Below, piece after piece: positions 26,306 through 32,000 of a DNA stretch of 32,000 bases. Under the pieces are notes generated by a model that saw nothing but the letters and a program-made list of their open reading frames with translations, was not told the DNA's origin and did not search any database. The stretch is from Candidatus Scalinduaceae bacterium. GTDB lineage: Bacteria; Planctomycetota; Brocadiia; Brocadiales; Scalinduaceae. A program made the translations under genes and the position numbers. The stretch is from positions 10,752-42,751 of the forward strand of contig JBHHYH010000017.1 of assembly GCA_046757465.1 (NCBI GenBank). Reading direction: 5' to 3'. Numbering within the stretch: position 1 is the first letter of the stretch; the number at the start of each line of letters is the position of its first letter.

Positions 26306-27045
26306 ACTTTACCTTCCAATTTAAAGATATTTCCAGTCATCTCAGGTCTCAGTGTGATTAACTTTACAGAAGGATTTAGGCTGAGAAACAAATTTGCCGT
26401 TTCATTGCTGATTTTCTCCCTGCTGAAGATAATAATAACATAAATCATATCAGTCTTATACCACCCCCCAAATCCAAACACTGACTCGATACCAAAGGGT
26501 TCAACAAACTCTGCCTGTTTAGGAATGAGTTTACTCCCCCTGGCCTCTTCGACACAAAAAATCCCGAATTCATGTTCTTCCCTGTCGATTATGATGCTTT
26601 TATCAGCTTTTGCTAGCTCAGAGATATTGAAACCTATCTGACTTAAAAGAGCTGATAGCATAGGAATATCGTAAACTATGCGAGCGTCATATAAAGGCAA
26701 AGCCTGGTGTCCTTTAGATTCTTTTCTGCAATTCCACTCTTTCAAATCTCCCGAAGTTCCCAACAAGGTTAAGTATCTATTTTGAGCAGGCATTTTTTCT
26801 CTACCCTCGTTATGTTGAATGTATTTTTTTATATCATCCGGAAGTTCTTCATATATACATGATTTAAAAAATCGACTTAGAACGAAGGCTCTCTCTCCAC
26901 TATTGGTAATAAAGACCTGGCAGAATGTGTTCATTAGTTCCTGGGTAGTTTCTTCTAAGCTTGATAATCCCTTGCACCTTTCTTTAATGAACTGAGATAG
27001 TTCGAATATATTAGTTAGAGTCAATTCCTTAACTTTAATTTGCAT
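26302..27045 (-). CDS. Protein of unknown function, translationally coupled to the PAS kinase
   Basis: A 247-aa ORF with no recognisable motif. Its stop overlaps the kinase start (ATGA at 26302-26305). Soluble mixed alpha/beta character. Confidence 0.6.
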   Translation of the reverse strand: MQIKVKELTLTNIFELSQFIKERCKGLSSLEETTQELMNTFCQVFITNSGERAFVLSRFFKSCIYEELPDDIKKYIQHNEGREKMPAQNRYLTLLGTSGDLKEWNCRKESKGHQALPLYDARIVYDIPMLSALLSQIGFNISELAKADKSIIIDREEHEFGIFCVEEARGSKLIPKQAEFVEPFGIESVFGFGGWYKTDMIYVIIIFSREKISNETANLFLSLNPSVKLITLRPEMTGNIFKLEGKV

Positions 27046-27287
27046 ATCTTTTAAGATAGTTTAACATTGCTTGCCTGAATGAAGCCCGCCCGAGCAGGTA
27101 GCCATAAAATATCGCAGCAAGATGCTGCTCCTACAGCGGAAAAAAGCTTTCCTCAGCAGAAAACAATTACCAATAACAAATAACTAAGAGAGTAGATGGT
27201 AGAGAGTAGCAAGTAGAGTGAAGATGGAAAGGGAAGTACATTTACGATTGTTTTTCATGTCAAGCAACTCTCCTCGCTACTTGCAAG

Positions 27288-28847
27288 TTATGACTTTTTA
27301 TCACCCAGCCTTGCCTCCAGTTTCTCTACCCTCTTTTTTAATTCCACTATTCGCTCTTCACGACCGATGTTTGCCTTGTAAAATACCTCGAGTTCGTGTA
27401 AATGTTTTTCTCTCTCCTTTTCCATCTTTTTGCGTTCGGTGATCTCAGCACGAAGTTGCTGTTCATCTACCTTTAATTGTTGATTAGAGGCCCTTAGTTG
27501 TTGCTCGCTTGCCCTTAGCTGCTGGTTTGTGGCTTTTAGCTGCTGCTCGCTCGCCTGTAGTTGTTGGTTTGCGGCTTTTAGCTGCTGCTCGCTCGCCCTT
27601 AGCTGCTGCCCGCTCGCTTTTAACTGTTGGTTAGCAGCTTCCAGCATCTCTTCAGCCTTTTTGCGCTCGGTAATCTCTTCATTCAACTTATCACGCGATG
27701 TGATGATTGTTTTTAAGTTATCCGTCATTTGATTGAAGGCAACAGCCAATTTGCCAAGTTCATCTCTGGATTTAATATTCACCTTAGCAGTCAGGTCACC
27801 TTTGCCAACAGTACTTGATGCATCTGCCAGCTTGCGGATAGGGTTGGCTATGCCTCGGGAAAAAGCTACGGCGACAATCACCACTAAAATGCCAATAATA
27901 ATCAAAACAAAAAATAATTTTATTCTTAAAGCAGTCACGGGAGCAAATGCTTCTTTTGTATCAATTTTACCCACTATCCCCCATTTCATTGATGGAAGAT
28001 GTTTCCAAACTGCCAGTATTTCTTCCTTTCTATAATCTATAGATAAACCTTTACCTCCCTTCCCTTGCACAGATTCCTGGATTGGTAGTGCCAGATTGCT
28101 TCCTAGAATAACTGTAGGCGGATCATTAGTATGACGTAACTGAGTAATAAATTTTATTTTATGACCCACCTTCTGACCAAGTAATATTTCCCCCGTCTCT
28201 CCCAATCCTTCTTGATCATTTGTAATATCATTCAAAACTTGAGCTCTTACTTTAAATAAAACTGCTCCGGCAAACTTCGCATCTTCATAATCTCTGATTG
28301 CCTGGAGAAAAATCAGGAATTCTTCTCCCGTTAAGGGATCAGTATTAAAACCGCCAAAGAATGTTCCCTTTGACTTTACACCTTGTAAGTAATGATCAGG
28401 CATCTTCTTACCGACAAGTTCTTTGTTTGTGTTAGCAACAATAGTTCCCTTAGTATCCCAAATACCGATAATCTCAATCGCAGTGGCTTTATCAATATCA
28501 CCATACCCACTCTTTGGCTGCATTTTCATCTCTTCAAGAATAGATTCAATATTGGCCTGGATTTTAGCAATATCTTCTGGGTCATTAACCCCACTTGATT
28601 CCAATTGTCTGGGTAAAAAAGTTCCAGCAAGTTCTTTGGCCTGCTCCTGCCGCAGTTGAATTAAGTGAGTAATATCAGACACACGTGAATTAGTGACTGC
28701 TTCCAAACTTGCGAAAGCCTGCTTTTTCAGATTAGCCCTGGCGCTATCATAGCTTATATAGCCCACAATGCCAACCGGCACAATTGAAACAACTAAAAAC
28801 AATACTATCAATTTAGTCCGCAAGCTTCTGGTAATAAAATTTGTCAT
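27288..28847 (-). CDS. Cache-HAMP membrane receptor ending in a coiled coil, with no kinase or MCP signalling domain
   Basis: TM1 (LIVLFLVVSIVPVGIVGYI). Extracytoplasmic domain of about 280 aa, of dCache size. TM2 (LFFVLIIIGILVVIVAVAF). HAMP (PIRKLADAS...ELGKLAVAFNQMTDNL). Then nine QQ heptads and a 53-aa helical tail. Confidence 0.8.
   Translation of the reverse strand: MTNFITRSLRTKLIVLFLVVSIVPVGIVGYISYDSARANLKKQAFASLEAVTNSRVSDITHLIQLRQEQAKELAGTFLPRQLESSGVNDPEDIAKIQANIESILEEMKMQPKSGYGDIDKATAIEIIGIWDTKGTIVANTNKELVGKKMPDHYLQGVKSKGTFFGGFNTDPLTGEEFLIFLQAIRDYEDAKFAGAVLFKVRAQVLNDITNDQEGLGETGEILLGQKVGHKIKFITQLRHTNDPPTVILGSNLALPIQESVQGKGGKGLSIDYRKEEILAVWKHLPSMKWGIVGKIDTKEAFAPVTALRIKLFFVLIIIGILVVIVAVAFSRGIANPIRKLADASSTVGKGDLTAKVNIKSRDELGKLAVAFNQMTDNLKTIITSRDKLNEEITERKKAEEMLEAANQQLKASGQQLRASEQQLKAANQQLQASEQQLKATNQQLRASEQQLRASNQQLKVDEQQLRAEITERKKMEKEREKHLHELEVFYKANIGREERIVELKKRVEKLEARLGDKKS
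27450..27638 (-). repeat. 21-bp tandem repeat (9 units, 42-bp higher-order alternation) encoding A-x-x-Q-Q-L-K/R heptads
   Basis: The DNA units ttagctgctgctcgctcgcc / ttagttgttggtttgcggct recur head to tail. Translation: AANQQLK ASGQQLR ASEQQLK AANQQLQ ASEQQLK ATNQQLR ASEQQLR ASNQQLK VDEQQLR. Confidence 0.9.
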
Positions 28848-28925
28848 TTTCCTTCCTTTTATCTATTACCTATGATTATACCTTCTCACTTTCTGTGATC
28901 CTAAGCACTTTGCTCCATGGCAGGC

Positions 28926-29040
28926 GGGGAAGAATCTCTTTTACGAAAAACCAATACGTAATCATATTTATGGACACATGTACTTAGTTGGCTTACAGAC
29001 AAGAGATTCTTCATTCCACTTCGTTTCATTCAGAATGACA
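28926..29040. repeat. REP-like element, same family
   Basis: ggggaagaatctctt (28926-28940) pairs with aagagattcttc (29001-29012). 29001-29040 read on the minus strand is tgtcattctgaatgaaacgaagtggaatgaagaatctctt. Confidence 0.6.
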
Positions 29041-29101
29041 AGGAAGGACTATACGCATGTCATTTCTGAAAGCCCATCGTCCTGTCGGCCTAAGTGTCCC
29101 C

Positions 29102-29398
29102 TTATTTGCCATTATTAGTTAAAATACCAATTCTATTTATCAAATAACCCAAAACAGAATCTACAATTTCTTTTGAAATACTCACTTCCCCTAGTACATC
29201 TGCTCCACCCACAAGGTTTATCTCTAAATCTTTTATCTCGGCGACCAATTTCCTCATCGTATTGAACAAAACATCTAATGCATCGTTTGGCGTTTTACCG
29301 GTAAAAATTCTTCCTCTACCGATGCCTTCAGATACTTCGATCCTAAATAGAATAAAGAGAAGTTCTAATTCCCGTTGAATTCTTGCTGCGCTTTCATA
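29102..29398 (-). pseudogene. cheD-like relic (middle/C-terminal part only, no start codon)
   Basis: A 98-codon open frame begins right after a TGA and has no ATG near its 5' end. NDALDVLFNTMRKLVAEIKDLEINLVGGADVLGE aligns by eye with RDAIENLLFKMTRLGTVKDNISACLVGGGNVLQD of the adjacent intact CheD. Confidence 0.4.
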
Positions 29399-29909
29399 TC
29401 AACACTCTCCTCCCGCCGCATTTATATAATAGTTTTTCGCCTCCGTCGCCCTCTGTATAAAATACCTCTCCTCTCTCAATGTCAATAAAGACGCTTCTTC
29501 TCTTAATCCCGCCCAGGATCTTTGCCACTATTTTTATTCCATTTTTCGTAAGAAGCTCTATAACCGAGTTTATAACTGCTTTGCAAATCGTATCGTCCTT
29601 GTCTTGAAGCACATTTCCTCCCCCAACGAGGCATGCGCTAATATTATCTTTTACAGTTCCCAATCGGGTCATCTTGAATAACAAATTCTCTATCGCATCC
29701 CTGGCATATTTGGTATTATGAAGAAATTGTCCTTCTGTCGATTGACCAGGAAGCATGACATGTGCTAATGCGCCTATTTTTTTCTTTGTATCATAAGCCG
29801 CAATAACACAGCAGGAACCTATCCCATCCGCTCTTAATATTACCCTTCTTCCGGTGGCCCAGACTTCTCCTGTTTGTACAAAAATATTCGCTTTCATGTC
29901 GAGTTCCAT
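29394..29909 (-). CDS. cheD: Chemoreceptor glutamine deamidase CheD
   Basis: GIGSCCVIAAYD...IGALAHVMLPG. The Cys33 and His50 spacing of 17 is the same as I recall for the catalytic Cys/His of characterised CheD. LVGGGNV and a C-terminal GG..R motif are also present. Confidence 0.85.
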   Translation of the reverse strand: MELDMKANIFVQTGEVWATGRRVILRADGIGSCCVIAAYDTKKKIGALAHVMLPGQSTEGQFLHNTKYARDAIENLLFKMTRLGTVKDNISACLVGGGNVLQDKDDTICKAVINSVIELLTKNGIKIVAKILGGIKRRSVFIDIERGEVFYTEGDGGEKLLYKCGGRRVLI

Positions 29910-29912
29910 TTA

Positions 29913-30158
29913 CTAATACCTTTTAATTTTAGCATTGAGCTTACGAATTTCCTCTTTCAATTCCCGTATCCGCTCTTCACGACCAATGGTTGCCTTGTAA
30001 AATATCTCGAGGTCGCGTAAATGTTCTTTAGTCTCATCTTCCATCTTTTTGCGCTCTGCACAAATCTCTGCCTCGCGTATCTCTCACTCAATTGCAGCAG
30101 TAAGACGTATCAGATTGTCTTTCAACAGGTAGTCGTGCGCGCCCTTTTTTTCACAGCG
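29913..30158 (-). pseudogene. Relic of a REC C-terminus fused to a coiled-coil tail, interrupted by an in-frame TGA
   Basis: Minus-strand translation: RCEKKGAHDYLLKDNLIRLTAAIE*EIREAEICAERKKMEDETKEHLRDLEIFYKATIGREERIRELKEEIRKLNAKIKRY*. GAHDYLLK is a receiver alpha4-beta5 motif. The tail is paralogous to the last ~50 aa of the Cache-HAMP protein. Confidence 0.45.
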
Positions 30159-30159
30159 A

Positions 30160-30537
30160 CTACTTACACAATCGATTCTCAATACACGTAATCAAGTCAT
30201 CAAGTTTCACTGGTTTAGCCAAGAACGTGCAACCAGCAATATTGCTACCTGTGGATTCTGCTTCTTCCTTTTTCAATATAGCTGTTAAAAACACTATAGG
30301 AATATATTTCAAGTTCTCATCATCAAGAATCTTTGCACCGACTGCGCCTCCATCCACGTCAGGCATAACTACATCAAGTATAATCAGGTCGGGCTGAAAC
30401 TGCTGTGCCGAGGCATACGCGAGAGCCCCGACGTTTTCTTCTCTTACTTCATATTTTCCAGTTGCCTCAAGATTTTCCCTTAACATGCAAGTGAGACTTG
30501 CATCGTCGTCAACTACCAAAATCTTCTTCTTGGGCAT
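30160..30537 (-). CDS. Single-domain response regulator (CheY-like)
   Basis: ILVVDDD...DLIILDVVMPDVDG...LAKP. Confidence 0.85.
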   Translation of the reverse strand: MPKKKILVVDDDASLTCMLRENLEATGKYEVREENVGALAYASAQQFQPDLIILDVVMPDVDGGAVGAKILDDENLKYIPIVFLTAILKKEEAESTGSNIAGCTFLAKPVKLDDLITCIENRLCK

Positions 30538-31107
30538 GGTTCATCCCCTTATATTATTTTTAATTAATATTAGATTATGTATGAAAGTCCAAATATATCA
30601 AAATACATACCACATCTTAAACGTCTCGGAATCTCAACAACCTGTATCGCTGTACATAGGAGTTTCCTTCATTTTACTTTACATTGTTCTTTAGATTTGG
30701 GAGTTAGTGAGCGATGCAATTTACTTGATTGATTAATCCGAATGGGGCTTTTATAGGAATTTCTGTACCTGACTGAACAGAATTGGCAATGAATAGAACT
30801 TATTTATTCACTAATGTGTGTGTTTTATACAAAATATTTTTATGAGAATCAAGAAGTAATATATAAATACTGTACTATTACACTTATACTGTAATATTAG
30901 TTGAAAAAATTTTTGCCTGTTTTCAAACGTGGCTCCACTTATTCAACTTCTTAAATATATCTTTCATATGCTGGTGTTATGTATTGCCTACCAAACCGTT
31001 TGTACCTTCTGCCTTTGTGCCTGAGTAATTACAATTCTTTCAAAGAACAAAACTCCATAATTTCTAACTCTGACAAACTGAGGCTGTTCAACCGATCTTA
31101 AGAGGTT

Positions 31108-32000
31108 CTACTTCTTAGCTTTCAGCACATTACTTATATCTCTTCTCAACTCTGAAAATTTAAAAGGTTTCTTGACAATAAAGTCCACGTTCAAGTCCTC
31201 TTTCTTTACGTCCTTTATCTCGTACCTCCAACCAGTTATTAGACCCACCCTTGGCCTTTTATCCAGCGCATCTAGCGCCTTTATTACGTCCCTTCCAGTA
31301 ACCTCTGGCATTACCAGGTCACATATCACGAGATCAAAACCATTACTTTTTGCTAGTTTGATGGCCTCAGCGCCACTGTTAACACTCCTGACTTTATGGC
31401 CCTCTTTAGTAAAGAAATTACTTAAAACCTCGCACATATCCTCCTCATCGTCCACCACCAATATATTGAGAATCCTGGCTGTCTTCTCCTTTGTTGGTTT
31501 GGAAGATATCTCAGAACGGGCAGTATTACTGGTAACCGGTAGACATATGGTTAACGTACTGCCTTTTCCCATCTCGCTTTTCACGTTTATCTTACCACCG
31601 TATCTTTTCATTATGCCGTAGCTAACGCTCATACCCAATCCACTTCCTTCAGGCCTCCTGGTAGTGAAAAAGGGGTCAAATATCCTTTTCTGCACCTCTT
31701 CGGGCATACCCTTCCCGGTGTCAGAAACACTTACAAATATGGTACAGTCACTTTTCCATGTGCAAAAGGAAAGATGGCCACCATCAGGCATTGCATCCAG
31801 GGCATTATTTATTAGATTTACCAATACCTCTTTCAACTCTACAGGATTACCCGGTAAGGGTGGTACTTCCTTGATGCCTTCCATATCTATGTAGTAGGTT
31901 ATCCCCTTAGCCTGAGCCATATTCTTCCATCTGGGCATTGTGAAACCAACCGCCTCTCTTATCAAATGCCTCATATCTACTGATACAAATCGTGATCTAT
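31108..32000 (-). CDS. Hybrid histidine kinase (HATPase + REC), 5' end outside the window
   Basis: The frame is open upstream of the listed M to the window edge. HATPase boxes NLINNALDAMP, DTGKGM, GSGLGM. C-terminal receiver VVDDEE...DLVICDLVMPEVTG...VKKP. Confidence 0.85.
   Translation of the reverse strand, partial: RSRFVSVDMRHLIREAVGFTMPRWKNMAQAKGITYYIDMEGIKEVPPLPGNPVELKEVLVNLINNALDAMPDGGHLSFCTWKSDCTIFVSVSDTGKGMPEEVQKRIFDPFFTTRRPEGSGLGMSVSYGIMKRYGGKINVKSEMGKGSTLTICLPVTSNTARSEISSKPTKEKTARILNILVVDDEEDMCEVLSNFFTKEGHKVRSVNSGAEAIKLAKSNGFDLVICDLVMPEVTGRDVIKALDALDKRPRVGLITGWRYEIKDVKKEDLNVDFIVKKPFKFSELRRDISNVLKAKK

Noticed and set aside
30084-30086. In-frame TGA as selenocysteine or programmed read-through
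   Set aside because: No SECIS-like hairpin is evident immediately downstream. The upstream part lacks any start or N-terminal receiver sequence, so a pseudogene fragment is the simpler explanation. A TGG-to-TGA change is plausible.
30538-31107. 570-bp AT-rich ORF-free region, including a direct repeat atactgta twice near 30868-30893
   Set aside because: It probably holds promoter or regulatory sequence for the downstream REC/cheD genes. I could not identify a defensible -35/-10, sigma-54 or operator palindrome, so I made no feature call.

Overview
By eye this is an AT-rich bacterial chromosomal window with four blocks. (1) 2-7509 (+): the distal part of a Bat/aerotolerance-type operon (DUF58, DUF4381-like, batA-E). 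It is followed by PilZ, inositol monophosphatase and ROK glucokinase genes. (2) 10312-17284 (-): a self-contained lipid cassette of dedicated ACP, FabZ, an active FabF-type ketosynthase, a ketosynthase paralog lacking the catalytic Cys, a CrtI/phytoene-desaturase-like flavoenzyme and a B12-binding radical SAM enzyme. From memory, this composition matches one of the candidate ladderane-lipid clusters proposed for anammox planctomycetes, so the source may be a Brocadiales-type organism; I cannot verify this without a search. (3) 17572-21599: housekeeping genes (trpF, miaB), an overlapping GIY-YIG / small ORF / nucleotidyltransferase trio, and a VanZ-like gene. (4) 21603-32000 (-): a signalling island with six intact receiver domains and no DNA-binding output. 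It also holds a 4-PAS histidine kinase translationally coupled to an unknown 247-aa protein, a partial hybrid kinase, cheD, and a Cache-HAMP protein with no output domain. The tail of that Cache-HAMP protein is nine perfect heptads, each matching the chemoreceptor Glx-Glx modification consensus. The island carries clear duplication and decay scars: a repeat with 529-bp period carrying a whole REC gene, and relics of cheD, REC and coiled-coil segments. Intergenic regions carry a dispersed REP-like hairpin family and several GC-rich structured elements. I found no tRNA, rRNA, CRISPR array, transposase or integrase. All functional calls rest on motifs read from the translations; no database search was possible.
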